A stretch of 64,000 nucleotides of DNA from an uncultured virus (IMG/VR IMGVR_UViG_3300011813_000035) (IMGVR_UViG_3300011813_000035:1-64000); one strand, 5' to 3'; shown: positions 18,921-29,326, counted from the stretch's first letter. The notes: generated by a model not told the origin, from the sequence alone. Numbers and translations: made by a program.

Positions 18921-21207
18921 TTAATATACCCTCCACATAATCTCTGATTTCTGAATCGGTATACGTGGTGTCATCGCCTCCTCCAGTACCGGAAGTTGAT
19001 CGATATCTAATACCAATGACTTTATCTAGTCGAGACTGATATTGATTCAAGTCTAATCTAAGATTAGTAGAGGTTCTCTGTATATCTGTATAATCAACTA
19101 CATTAGAAAATCCCCAAACTAATGAAATTGTATGATTTATATTTGTATTTGATTGAATACAAGCAATGATCTGACTAGGATATATTTCTTTATATTGTGG
19201 GCGCAAAGAGCCATCTGTTCTTATACAAGTAAAGAAAAAACCTATTTTATCGTAATTTGTAAATGAGTCTTTTAAGTTAATTGAATTTGCTACAGTTGTA
19301 GCCTTGGTAGTCCCGACATTACCTTCCCATAATACTATCTCATCTACTAAACCATTAATATTTATAAAATAAGTAGGCTCGTATTTAATGCAATATAGGA
19401 CTGATACGTTAGTTGGTCTAGGAGCAACAAATCCAATATTTTCTGGATATCTGTTTGTTTCAGAAGTGGAGGGTGCAAATACAACTGTTGTTCCATTTTG
19501 ATATTGAGATATTGAATCATAATTTTTTGAAACATATGGAGTTACTGTATTATTAGCAACATATAATCTTGAGTTAGTAGCTGAAAAATATCCACTTGGA
19601 ATTTGAGTCGCTTCTTGATGGACGCCTATTTCTCCTGATAACTGTTTTGAATTATTTTCATGATAACCACGTAAAAATTCATCCCTTAAGTCTGGTACGG
19701 CAAAAGTAGAGGAGCCATCTCCACCAAAGAAGTTAAAAGTTCCGAATTGGTCTTTAATGTATTGAGAAAGATAAGGATATTCTACGATTTTATATATCGC
19801 CCCGTCACAAATTAGGTAGTGTTTAGGCGCAGTTTTACCCATTTGTGGCAGGATACTACCAACAGGAGTGTCTTCAATGCCATTTGCAGTATTAATGTGT
19901 TCCACAGGATCAATAGTAACGTTTCTTCCTATTTCCTGAATAATAAAATAAGAAGCATTAACTGAAACTGGGGTTTCGTCACCAGTGGTTCTTACTTTTA
20001 CACAAATTTCAATATTTGTTGTTGGCTTAATAACGCATTTTGATTGGAAAACAGACTGAGATAGTGGACTGGTTGTAGCACTTAAACCATCTGTACCTAT
20101 CCATCTAGCGTTTGTTTTATCATATATATTTAGATAAAAGTATTTTGAATTAGGAGTTGCTATCCTTGCAAGAGCCTCTATAGAATATGTTTTATTAGCT
20201 TTTAATGTATATGACCATGTAGATACGTCAAATTCTATATTGTTATTAACATAAGGAATAAATTTTATTGTATCATTTGTGTTAGTGGTTACAGTAATAC
20301 TTTCCTGATTGCTGGGATTTGCTGCTAGACTTCCAAAACAATATTCTAATTGAGTGTTTACTGTTTTTTGTGAAAGATTAATATCATTAACATTTTTACT
20401 TACTGTTGCAACTTCATCAGAAATTTTAGTACTGCTCCAAGTTTTAGTAGTAGAAGTAGTATTATTGTCAATAATATTTCCTGTGTTACTAAGAGATGCT
20501 AATTTTAGCTTTTCTTCAGATGTGAAATTTGCTTGACTAAGCCCAAAACCATTTATTATATTTACTTTTTTATTCAGTAAATCATCGGTATCAGCTTTAG
20601 AATAATAATTGGTTAAATCAATATCTGTGGTACCTATATTTGCCCATTCATTATTTAAGTAAAGCCATTGGAGGTATGAATTTTTATCTGTTTCCTTCTG
20701 TAAATACATAGTTGTTGCTGAGATATTTTCTGATGGTAGAACCTCTATTATCTCAATAGTCAATGAATTTAGATTTGCAATCAATGAATTAATCTCGGTC
20801 TTTGAATAAGATTCCATTTTACTATAATAATTCATTAGGTTTGAAACAGATATTGTAATAAAATACGAATCATTTACTAATTGTGATATCAGTGTAGGTA
20901 TTTCAGGCTTGTCCTTTAAATCATTATAGCTTCCTGACGTAGCAGCATCAGAAAACCCTAACTGTTCGGGCGTTCTATTCCCCACCAATTCCACTCCATT
21001 GATTACCGGCCTGTTATATAGAGATTCATAATCACTTGCGCTTCCAGAAACAGTTTTATAAGTTCCATCGTCGAATAACGCTTTATTTCCTTCGCCACCA
21101 GAAGTAAGCTTTTGAATATTTTCTTTTTGATCTGAGGTGATAATTTCCTCAGCTACTTTGTCTGTATAACTCTTACCCGCGGCTAGAGTTGTTAAATCAA
21201 TTCCCAT
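18907..21207 (-). CDS. tail fibre protein with phage tail-collar domain
   Basis: 'PVGSILPQMGKTAPKHYLICDG...FAVPDLRDEFLRG...RPTNVSVLYCIKY'; N-terminal fibre repeats; paralog of 17376-18920. Confidence 0.8.
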   Translation of the reverse strand: MGIDLTTLAAGKSYTDKVAEEIITSDQKENIQKLTSGGEGNKALFDDGTYKTVSGSASDYESLYNRPVINGVELVGNRTPEQLGFSDAATSGSYNDLKDKPEIPTLISQLVNDSYFITISVSNLMNYYSKMESYSKTEINSLIANLNSLTIEIIEVLPSENISATTMYLQKETDKNSYLQWLYLNNEWANIGTTDIDLTNYYSKADTDDLLNKKVNIINGFGLSQANFTSEEKLKLASLSNTGNIIDNNTTSTTKTWSSTKISDEVATVSKNVNDINLSQKTVNTQLEYCFGSLAANPSNQESITVTTNTNDTIKFIPYVNNNIEFDVSTWSYTLKANKTYSIEALARIATPNSKYFYLNIYDKTNARWIGTDGLSATTSPLSQSVFQSKCVIKPTTNIEICVKVRTTGDETPVSVNASYFIIQEIGRNVTIDPVEHINTANGIEDTPVGSILPQMGKTAPKHYLICDGAIYKIVEYPYLSQYIKDQFGTFNFFGGDGSSTFAVPDLRDEFLRGYHENNSKQLSGEIGVHQEATQIPSGYFSATNSRLYVANNTVTPYVSKNYDSISQYQNGTTVVFAPSTSETNRYPENIGFVAPRPTNVSVLYCIKYEPTYFININGLVDEIVLWEGNVGTTKATTVANSINLKDSFTNYDKIGFFFTCIRTDGSLRPQYKEIYPSQIIACIQSNTNINHTISLVWGFSNVVDYTDIQRTSTNLRLDLNQYQSRLDKVIGIRYRSTSGTGGGDDTTYTDSEIRDYVEGILNGNQ

Positions 21208-21339
21208 TTATTATGTTTCACCTATATCTTTCTAATTTATGATATTTAAAGGTAAGTAAATCTTTATATCTTATACACATTGGAACATGCATTAACAGCA
21301 TATGAAATATGGTTTTCATGTGTTGTGTTACTATTTACT

Positions 21340-21729
21340 CGCTAATGTTTTTGGAAGTCATCTAACGAGAAGTATAGCTACTTACTATTAATACGCACCG
21401 TATAGTTACGGTTGGCTTTTTCACTATTGCACTCAACAATAGGTTGCTGACTATACCTTAACGAATACATGTATAATATCCGTCCGCTCTGGTAGTCGAT
21501 GAGACCGGCACTTTTCATAAAGAGAGTACGCCTGTCCGCTGATTGGGTCACCATGTTACATTATGAGTTACATGAGCCGTTCCAGTCCTAGTACAGTTGT
21601 TACCATATCTGTAAACCACGGAGCCACCCATGGTCGTATAAAGCGTTTACAAATCCAAAGTCCTCTTGTCTTATTAAATAGACTCGTTCCTGTTTTATCT
21701 ATGGTTATTTAGCCATGGCAGTAGGACTT
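21340..21729 (-). ncRNA. group I ribozyme core (5' part of intron 2)
   Basis: P7 TCGACTA/TAGTCA with bulge, P8 ACGGATAT/GTATTCGT, P9 CTATTG/CAATAG, J8/7 AAGGTATAGTC; P4 is divergent. Confidence 0.75.
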
Positions 21730-22672
21730 ACCTGAACCATGCAAGATTTGCGTTAATCCATTTTCATGAAAATCCAGGCCATGTGATGATAAGTTTTTTG
21801 ATGCGAGTGCTCCTATTCCTGCCCCTAATAAGCCTAATGGGGAGAGAAAATTTATAATACCTGTTCCTGTTTTCGTTAAGGAAGTTCCAAAATCAAGAAA
21901 GAAATTTATTGCTCCAGAATCAATTAGACTATCCGATAAACCAATGAATGCGTTTTGAAGTTTCTCTGTATGAGCAGCAACAGAATCTTGGTATGCGTTA
22001 AATTTTTCCATTGCACTACCAGAGGAACTCAACGAGGTTTCTGTGTATTTTAAAGCAGTATCATATTGGCTCATTAAGATTAGAAAGTCATTGATGTGAT
22101 CAGTCCCAGCAAATGCGCTTGCAATTGCATGTTGTGATACTTCGGAAAAACTCCCCCATTTACCAGCAACCTCATCTAATACATCTCCAAAATTACGAAA
22201 TGAATTTTGACTGTCTCGAAGATTAATTCCTTCCCCCCGAAGCACAGTTTCAACATTACTGAGATCTTCACCTGAATTCTGGTAGTCCTTAAGTCTTGAT
22301 AGCTTAACATTGCCCATGCGAGAGAAGATGGCATTTAATGAACGGCCAACACTTGACATACTGTCCTGAGTTGTTTCGCCAATAACAGCTAGATACCCTA
22401 GTAGTTTATCCATTGAAATCCCAGCAAGATCGGCACTAGATGCTACTTCACTCATACCTTCGGCAAGTCCGCCTACATCAGTAGCAGAATCCATATCTAC
22501 CGCAGAAAGCTTGTCCACAACACCGAGGGTATTTCCAACTGCAACATTATAACCTTTCATTGCACTAGTAAGATACTTGGTAGATTCGGCAGAATCTAGC
22601 TTTCCTACCTTTGACAGTATCATGGAATCACGAATTAGCTCTTCGGTTTCGGCTATACTTTTACCTTGTTTT
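21730..22672 (-). CDS. tape measure protein, exon 2 (TP901-type core)
   Basis: KQGKSIAETEELIRDSMILSKVGKLDSAESTKYLTSAMKGY...VDKLSAVDM; frame open from 22671; end placed at candidate 5' splice site GGT| (21730, alternative 21736). Confidence 0.8.
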
Positions 22673-23843
22673 CTTTTTTGTTACTCCTAAAAGTCGTTAA
22701 TTTTTAGGAGATTTTCGGTTTTTTCTTTAAAGTTATATATGTATACAATAATATCTTTTTGAGTTAATATGTTAAAAGCCCTTTCTTTAATTTTTAATAA
22801 TTCAAATTCACTTAGCATAGTAGAACTCTTATTTTCTATTACAAAGGTTTTATATCCACTTTTAGAAAAATATTTATATTTTTCTAATTCTTTTTGATTA
22901 AAATCATCTATTGAAATTTTATTATGTATGACATCTAAAAAATGCCCACCACCATTATATTCAAAACAAACTTTTTCATCAAAAAATAAAATGTCCGTAT
23001 GGTATTTACCAATAGGGACATTTTCATAACCTTTATATATAGATTGTATAAAATCTTGCTGTTTGCTACTTCTAACCTTCCTTTTATCGTTACATATTGC
23101 ACTATCTATACTTTCTATATTATTATATACGGTTATCTCTTTATAATTATTGATACAGGTTATAAAGCATTTCTTTTGTATCTCCTTATTTTGCAATGGA
23201 TATTCAACACCGTATTTCTCTATAAAAGTTTTTCTGGTTTTATTACGAGTAAATTTTTCTTGTAAAGTACAATTTACACCGTATTTTCTTAGATTTGTTT
23301 TTTGGAATTTATACTTCTTACAATTATTACAACAAACATCATTTGGAGATTTAAGATAGTCTCTGTATGACTTTAAAAAGTCTGTTTTGCAATAATCACA
23401 TTTTACCTTTATTTTTACTCCAGATCCCTTTGACAAATCAAAAACTTTTACTATTAGATTATATCCATCTACCGCATCATAACCCATGTTAATATAGTGA
23501 TCAATATTATATTTCGTAATTTTTACACATACATATTCTTGTAAAACCAATTAACTACCATGCTTTTAACATATACAAACCGAAAATTTTCTTATACTTT
23601 CATATAAGAACAGACTATATCTTTATCTACAATAAGTAGATACTCCCCATTTCCATTCACTTGAATGTACTTCCATATAGGAATAGTCGTTGAAGTTTTC
23701 TCTTTTCGAGACTTACCTGCTGATCACCCAATCATCATAATTTTTAACTTTCACACTTGACCATATTTCATATCTATGTTGTAGTTTATGAAGCTCTAAG
23801 GGCCTTCCAGCAATTAAAGGAGTTTTAAATGACCTAAACGTTA
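22673..23843 (-). mobile_element. group I intron 1 (IA-type, 1171 nt) with endonuclease ORF
   Basis: P1 AATGGCT|TAA/TTAGGTCATT with U.G pair; P AATTGCTGGAA, Q GATCAGCAGG, R TTCAACGACTAT, P7.1/7.2, P8, S AAGATATAGTCTG; omega-G 22673; splicing restores E-W-L-K-Q-G in frame. Confidence 0.92.
22687..23550 (-). CDS. intron-encoded putative homing endonuclease (Zn-binding N-terminus, Vsr/EDxHD-like PD-(D/E)XK C-terminus)
   Basis: CDYC..CNNC, repeats 'KYGV', 'HTDILFFDEKVCFEYNGGGHF'; lies in the P9 region of intron 1. Confidence 0.75.
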   Translation of the reverse strand: MVLQEYVCVKITKYNIDHYINMGYDAVDGYNLIVKVFDLSKGSGVKIKVKCDYCKTDFLKSYRDYLKSPNDVCCNNCKKYKFQKTNLRKYGVNCTLQEKFTRNKTRKTFIEKYGVEYPLQNKEIQKKCFITCINNYKEITVYNNIESIDSAICNDKRKVRSSKQQDFIQSIYKGYENVPIGKYHTDILFFDEKVCFEYNGGGHFLDVIHNKISIDDFNQKELEKYKYFSKSGYKTFVIENKSSTMLSEFELLKIKERAFNILTQKDIIVYIYNFKEKTENLLKINDF

Positions 23844-24976
23844 AGCCATTCGGTGCCTGAGATGGTTACGTCTGTAACAGTGGCACTTAATTCATCTCCC
23901 AATTTAGAATAACTTGCGATATAAGATTCTAATTGTTTCTTGGAAGAACCGGTTGCCATATCAAGGTCGGTGATTGCCCCGTTTAATTCGATTGCCGAAT
24001 CCTTCATCTTTTTAAGACCTGTTACAGCTAACATTATTCCACCTGAAACAGTAAACCAAGAGAAAAACTTACTTCCCATATCTTTAAAGGAATCTGTCCA
24101 TGTTTTGCCCAGTAATCCCATATCTCTAGTATTAGATTTGATTTTTTCGAATTCTGCATTAAGCTGTTTAAATTCGGTCACCGACAAATTGGGGTTGTTA
24201 AGTCGATCAAGAACTCCGTTGACGTTTGCTCCGAGACTCTTCATAGCCTTACTGTTATTATCAGCCCATGTTTTAACGGAATTGATTTTGGCTAATCTCT
24301 GAGATTCAGTCGTAAATCCTTTTTGAGCGGAAGTAAGCTGTTTTATCTGATTCTCAACTTTACCATATTCTGTCTCCAACACTTTTGCATTGCTAATTAG
24401 AGTTTTCCCGTCAGAACTGTCACCAAGAGATTTTAACGCAGTATTTACACCCAATAATTCTTTCTGTATGTCTTCTGTTGATAACCCTAATCCCCTAAAA
24501 GATGCAGTTAAAGTCTCAACTTTTGCTTCATTAGTTCCAGAATTAATAGCTTGATTTATTCTTGTTACGGCAATATATTCGTCTTCTAACGCTTTATTGA
24601 TGGCTTTATTCTGGGTAAGCTGAGAACGTTTTTCTTCAGCTTTTGCAATCTGTTCTGATTTGCCACGAACACGCTCCATTGTATCGACAAGTTTTTCCTC
24701 GGCCTTGGCTGCACGTACACTATCTTTCTCAATTTGATTAATTGCCTTCAATAAATCAGTATCATTGATTTTAATATCAATTCCGGTAATTTTCTTAAGT
24801 TCTTTTTCCAGTTCTGGAACTATATTTTTTACAGTTTTAATTAATTCAGCCTTGTTTAAATCGGCACTAAGATTCAAATGGTACTTTTCTACTACCTTTT
24901 GTACTTCTGCAATATCAGATTTTCCTATACCGCTTGAATCTAATACCGCTTGAAGCAATACTCTAAAATCGTTCAT
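23844..24976 (-). CDS. tape measure protein, exon 1
   Basis: SD AAAGGAG; helical N-terminus then 'ELNGAITDLDMATG...LGDELSATVTDVTISGTEW' TMP core start. Confidence 0.85.
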
Positions 24977-25116
24977 TTAAAGCTCCTTTCACATTTTTAC
25001 ATAACAAAAACTCCCCTTGTGAAAGGAGAGTGGATTAATAAAGATATTTTCAGTATTTCTGTGCAGAGAAAAACAGGTAGCTTTTTAGGCTACTTGTTCA
25101 ACTGTCAACTATTAAC

Positions 25117-26772
25117 TTATAAAATCTGTGAACTTATTGATTTGTAATTTTCTTTATTTAGGAGATGTTCTTCTATTTGAATTATATGATAATTCTTTGT
25201 GTCAGTTAGATATTTCAAATTATCATTTACCATTGAAAAGAAAACTTGATTTTTTAATGGCAGAAAATATTTCTCAATTGCTGAAAACAATGCTTCGGCA
25301 GTATCTCTCGAAATCTCATTCTTTATAAAAGAATCCATACAGAAAGGAATTTGATAAACCCCATATTTTTCAATCAATGAAAAATACATTAAGTAGCAAC
25401 CTAAATATTTGGTGTTTTTATCCATTCCACTACCATCAATTTTTTTGAATTGTAAAAAATTAAAATCATCTGAATTTGCAAGACTTAAAGTGACTTTAAT
25501 TTTATTCTTAACGTTCTCAAACGAAGTTAAGACTTTTTCATTTAAATCAGCTTTTTCTTTTAATAGGTTTTTTTTTTCTGCTTGCTTATTTTTTCTCTTT
25601 GTTTCATAATCAATTTTTGATAATTTTTCTTTTTCTACGGTTTTTTCCATCTCTGTTACAGCTACGGTTTTTGCTCTAGCATTGATATACTCATCTATAG
25701 TCAGCAATTCCTTTGATTCTTTAATTCTATCATTTAATTCATCTACTTTTAAATCAATTTTTGATTTCAATAACTTGGTCTCAGCCACTTCTCGCTCAAG
25801 ATTTTCAATATTTTTAAATACTTTATCCTTTAAAAATATTATCTCAAACTCGTTATTGTTTAAGCCCAACCTTGTCAGTGATTGCTCTTGAGTTAATTTT
25901 GAATGACAATATTTACATTCACATTCAATGTCCTTATGCCGTTTCTTATTCATTGTCAGTAGCTGAGATAATTCATCATAATCTTGTTTTTGTAAATCCA
26001 ATTTTTCACTCTTTTTTACTAACTTTATTCTGTATTCTAATGCGTTATCTGTGTATGTATTGAGCAAGCCCAAGTAATGTTTGATATCTTCGTTTAACTT
26101 CTCTTTATCAATTTCTGGAACCTCTGGAATGTCAGATATTTTTTCCATGTAGTTGCTTAATACTTTGCCTAGATTCTTAATGGCATTGTCGCATTCTTTG
26201 ATAAGTTCAGTATACTGATTTATTTTATTTTGCAACTCTTGAACTTCAATATCCGAGATTGAAAAAAGATATTCAAATATTCCTTTCGGCACATCATTAT
26301 ACTGCCCTAATGAATCTGACACTTTTCGATATATTGCCCCGTCCCAAGAATCATCTTGGTCAATATAAAATGGCAGTATTACTGCGGAAGAATACACAGA
26401 ATGTAACTTTTTTGTTTTTGTATTCGGCAATTTCATATCAATCCCCAAAATTTCTTGAAACCATGCAGAATATTCTTTTGAGTTTAACGGAGTATCATCA
26501 GAATCGACCTTATACATATCTCCTTGTCTTGTAATAGAGTGGGAAAGCTCATTTTCAAATTTAACCTTGAGCTGAAACACTTTATCTCCTATATTCCAGC
26601 CACTTGGAAATTGCCTAATGTCAAATCCAAGTGTGTAATAAATGGATTTCAACAAGCTAGATTTCCCCTTTTTATTTCCATCACTCACTATGAGATTCGT
26701 TCCATCAGAAAAATTATAGTTGGCTGCTGTTTTCTCTTTGTAATCAATTATTTTTAATGATTCAATTATCAT
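25117..26772 (-). CDS. lmuB: SMC/Rad50-like ATPase, Lamassu LmuB-like
   Basis: Walker A GNKKGKSS, YIDQD Q-loop, coiled coils with CKYC hook, Walker B 'PFCMDS'; ATGA overlap with upstream nuclease. Confidence 0.8.
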   Translation of the reverse strand: MIIESLKIIDYKEKTAANYNFSDGTNLIVSDGNKKGKSSLLKSIYYTLGFDIRQFPSGWNIGDKVFQLKVKFENELSHSITRQGDMYKVDSDDTPLNSKEYSAWFQEILGIDMKLPNTKTKKLHSVYSSAVILPFYIDQDDSWDGAIYRKVSDSLGQYNDVPKGIFEYLFSISDIEVQELQNKINQYTELIKECDNAIKNLGKVLSNYMEKISDIPEVPEIDKEKLNEDIKHYLGLLNTYTDNALEYRIKLVKKSEKLDLQKQDYDELSQLLTMNKKRHKDIECECKYCHSKLTQEQSLTRLGLNNNEFEIIFLKDKVFKNIENLEREVAETKLLKSKIDLKVDELNDRIKESKELLTIDEYINARAKTVAVTEMEKTVEKEKLSKIDYETKRKNKQAEKKNLLKEKADLNEKVLTSFENVKNKIKVTLSLANSDDFNFLQFKKIDGSGMDKNTKYLGCYLMYFSLIEKYGVYQIPFCMDSFIKNEISRDTAEALFSAIEKYFLPLKNQVFFSMVNDNLKYLTDTKNYHIIQIEEHLLNKENYKSISSQIL

Positions 26773-27713
26773 AATTCGTCCTCCCATAATTCACAAAGAC
26801 ATTCTGTTGCTATAGCAATCATTAAATTATCATTACTCATGGTGTTATCATGACTTCTCACTATCTCAACAATTTGATTCACTAATTCGTGCTCTGTCAA
26901 ATTTTCCAAGTCTAAGCTACCGCAATCATCTTTTACTTTCTTTTTTATATTTTGATGTCCTATTAGTATTTTTGCTCTCTCATACTTGATTTTTTCTCTC
27001 TTCAAAGCATTATATGGTAATTTATTAAGAATTTCATCAAACATTCTAAACTGTTCTACACGAACGAAAATATTTTTCAAATACTCGCCATCAATTACTT
27101 TTTCATGATAATTATCACTATGTAAAATTATTTCGCTTTTCTGGTCAATCATCAACGTTAGCTCTGCCAAAAGAGCACGACCACTTTCATTATTTATATG
27201 CAATTCTTGGATTACCATCTCACCAAATAACCGTTTTATAGCTTCTGTCAAGTCATTGGTAAAAGGTGTTTTGTAGAGAAATTGATTACCTAATCTTTTT
27301 TGCTGGTTTGCATCTAAATTCAAATCGCTGATTACTTTTTTTGAATCCTCATCTGAATACTTTAAAAGAGGGGAGATGATATTTCCTATCTTATTTTCTA
27401 CCAATTCATTTTGGAAAGACTTTCCTATGTCCCAAACAAATATTTTTCTAGTGTCATCATCTTGCCCCGGGACTAGATTCTTCTCTATGATTTGTTTGCT
27501 TACAAGTTTATTTAAAGTAATGCTTTTCTCCCCTTTTACTTGTATGAAAATATTCTTTCCATCAACATGAACTTGAAAATCATCATCTGCTTCTGGAATC
27601 ACGGAAAAACCATCACGCTGATAGTTATGAATCATCACCAATATTATTGAAGCTTTCTGATAGTTAAAACCTCTAATAGCTATAGCTCCACCATTATCAA
27701 TTTTATTCGTCAT
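26769..27713 (-). CDS. lmuA: Cap4/DUF4297-like PD-(D/E)XK nuclease, Lamassu LmuA-like effector
   Basis: 'GGAIAIRGFNYQ...EADDDF...FIQVKG' motif directly upstream of an SMC ATPase. Confidence 0.78.
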   Translation of the reverse strand: MTNKIDNGGAIAIRGFNYQKASIILVMIHNYQRDGFSVIPEADDDFQVHVDGKNIFIQVKGEKSITLNKLVSKQIIEKNLVPGQDDDTRKIFVWDIGKSFQNELVENKIGNIISPLLKYSDEDSKKVISDLNLDANQQKRLGNQFLYKTPFTNDLTEAIKRLFGEMVIQELHINNESGRALLAELTLMIDQKSEIILHSDNYHEKVIDGEYLKNIFVRVEQFRMFDEILNKLPYNALKREKIKYERAKILIGHQNIKKKVKDDCGSLDLENLTEHELVNQIVEIVRSHDNTMSNDNLMIAIATECLCELWEDEL

Positions 27714-27900
27714 ATCATTCCCCCTTAACCGCTTTCATATATCTACCTAATTATAAATTATATGAGAACATAAGTCGACTATTTTATTAGGGATTGAATT
27801 TGGTTTTAGGTCTGCTGGCTGATTTTGGACTGGTCGTTTCAAAACAATATCCTCTGAGCCAGTCACATAGCGGTTTGTTCCGTCACTATTAGTTTAAGAA

Positions 27901-28167
27901 ATGGTCTTTGTTGCCCATGTTCTGGTCGCTATAATTCTCCAATTCTATATTACGCTTACAGAGGGGAGGGTAGAATTGTTAGAAGTTTTAAAAAGTTTTT
28001 CAGGAGTCGGTGCTTGTAGCCTTTTTGCTTTTGGAATATGTTATGTTTCAAAAATCATAGTCGTATTTATGATATGCAAACATCCAGAATTATCAGATGA
28101 CAAAGTTAAAAGAATTACCAAGATGATATCTAAAGACTCAGTTTTCCATATTTTTAAATCTAGTTGA
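27901..28167 (+). CDS. small membrane protein (start possibly TTG ~27976)
   Basis: Hydrophobic ORF with internal SD GGGAGGG. Confidence 0.45.
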   Translation: MVFVAHVLVAIILQFYITLTEGRVELLEVLKSFSGVGACSLFAFGICYVSKIIVVFMICKHPELSDDKVKRITKMISKDSVFHIFKSS

Positions 28168-28202
28168 TTCTTGTATAGAAATTGATCTCTACGAGTTTTA
28201 GT

Positions 28203-28694
28203 TTATTTAATAACTAGATGACACTTATCGCTCATATATTTTTTAAATCCTACAAAGATATCATAAATACCGCTTTCTCCAATTTCATTAAGAAACTTCT
28301 CCCAGAACCGTCCTGAAGTTACTCCATATTCAGTACTGCCATGTATACCATTTGCTATATTCTGAAATACATCATCGGCAGAATCCCCTTGTTTGTAATA
28401 TGTAACGCCATGAGAAGTCCAAAATGATGGATCGTAAGATACGGCAGTTGGATCTAAATATAATTCAAACTCATAACCGTTTCCGATGTCCTTAATTTTA
28501 CTGGTCATAATTGCAGAGATAATGCGATACTGTCTATTATACGAAGACGAGGGTGTGTACAGGTCATAGAATTCTGACATAATGAACTCTTCAAGATAAT
28601 TTGGTAGCTTTTCTTTGATATCAACCATGTACCTATAAATCTGTTGTTTCAATGCCTTTTGTAAATCAGCATTGTTCTTAATAAAAGTTGTCAT
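28203..28694 (-). CDS. tail completion / neck protein (HK97 gp10-like position)
   Basis: 163 aa, 'EFYDLYTPSSSYNRQY' motif; upstream of the tape measure gene. Confidence 0.5.
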   Translation of the reverse strand: MTTFIKNNADLQKALKQQIYRYMVDIKEKLPNYLEEFIMSEFYDLYTPSSSYNRQYRIISAIMTSKIKDIGNGYEFELYLDPTAVSYDPSFWTSHGVTYYKQGDSADDVFQNIANGIHGSTEYGVTSGRFWEKFLNEIGESGIYDIFVGFKKYMSDKCHLVIK

Positions 28695-28912
28695 TACTTT
28701 TCCTCTGTGTGGGCATAATCGTGTACAATCCCAGCAAAAGTCTTCATAAATTCAGACTTGACCTCATCTGGTGTCATGTCTTTGGCGGCAATCGCCAGTT
28801 TCGTGAACAACTCAACATAATCGTCACTGTGAGAGAGTGCTTTGTAAATTTCGATTTTTAACATTGCCCAAAATATTTTTGATTTAATATAAGTAATCAT
28901 TTTTTCCTCCAT
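28694..28912 (-). CDS. hypothetical protein
   Basis: 72-aa ORF coupled to the downstream gene. Confidence 0.5.
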   Translation of the reverse strand: MEEKMITYIKSKIFWAMLKIEIYKALSHSDDYVELFTKLAIAAKDMTPDEVKSEFMKTFAGIVHDYAHTEEK

Positions 28913-28953
28913 TAAAAAAGAGCCACCTTGAAGGCAGCTCTGATATGTATTTA

Positions 28954-29139
28954 TTATATTTTCATATTAAGTTCCAAGGGTTTTAGAATCCATGTTACAT
29001 CAAAATCTAAACCGTTCTTTTGTATACGTTCTCCCGCCTGTAAAAATGTGCCACAATTAAATGCATCTACAATTTCACTACCAAAAGCATCAAATTTTAT
29101 TCCCGTTACAGATATAAAACTTTTCTCATCATTAGTCAT
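28954..29139 (-). CDS. hypothetical protein
   Basis: 61 aa, SD GAAGGGG, terminator downstream. Confidence 0.45.
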   Translation of the reverse strand: MTNDEKSFISVTGIKFDAFGSEIVDAFNCGTFLQAGERIQKNGLDFDVTWILKPLELNMKI

Positions 29140-29326
29140 CGTACATACCCCTTCCGCACATGGTAACTTTTAAAGCACAACATAAACGACATAGTATATC
29201 TACTGACGGTATACTATCGCCTGATTCAATTCTACTTATAGTTGACTTATTAACCAAAGCTTTTGCTGCCAAGTCGTCCATTGTCATATGTTTTTGTAGT
29301 CTCAAACTGCGCAGGTTAATTCTCAT
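29132..29326 (-). CDS. XRE-family HTH regulator (C-terminus possibly truncated)
   Basis: 'LRSLRLQKHMTMDDLAAKALVNKSTISRIESG..PSVDILCRLCCAL'. Confidence 0.75.
   Translation of the reverse strand: MRINLRSLRLQKHMTMDDLAAKALVNKSTISRIESGDSIPSVDILCRLCCALKVTMCGRGMYDD

Larger units (their letters stand above)
12661..21729 (-). mobile_element. putative giant (~9.07 kb) or trans-splicing group I intron 2 in the tape measure gene, enclosing cargo genes
   Basis: Core motifs on the minus strand: P GGACTGGAAC 21588-21579, Q AATCAGCGG 21544-21536, R TCATCGACTAC ~21502-21492, S TAAGGTATAGTCAG 21460-21447. Nested long-range pairings with 12664-12694. In-frame joining of exons is possible. Confidence 0.7.

Noticed and set aside
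17376..21207. Repeated tail-collar segments as a DGR template/variable repeat pair or invertible shufflon
   Set aside because: Differences are not adenine-specific, no reverse transcriptase is in the window, and no inverted crossover sites were seen; ordinary paralogy
21340..21730. Group II intron, riboswitch or IStron as the explanation for this structured region
   Set aside because: No domain V, RT or transposase; P7 and J8/7 motifs are group I type
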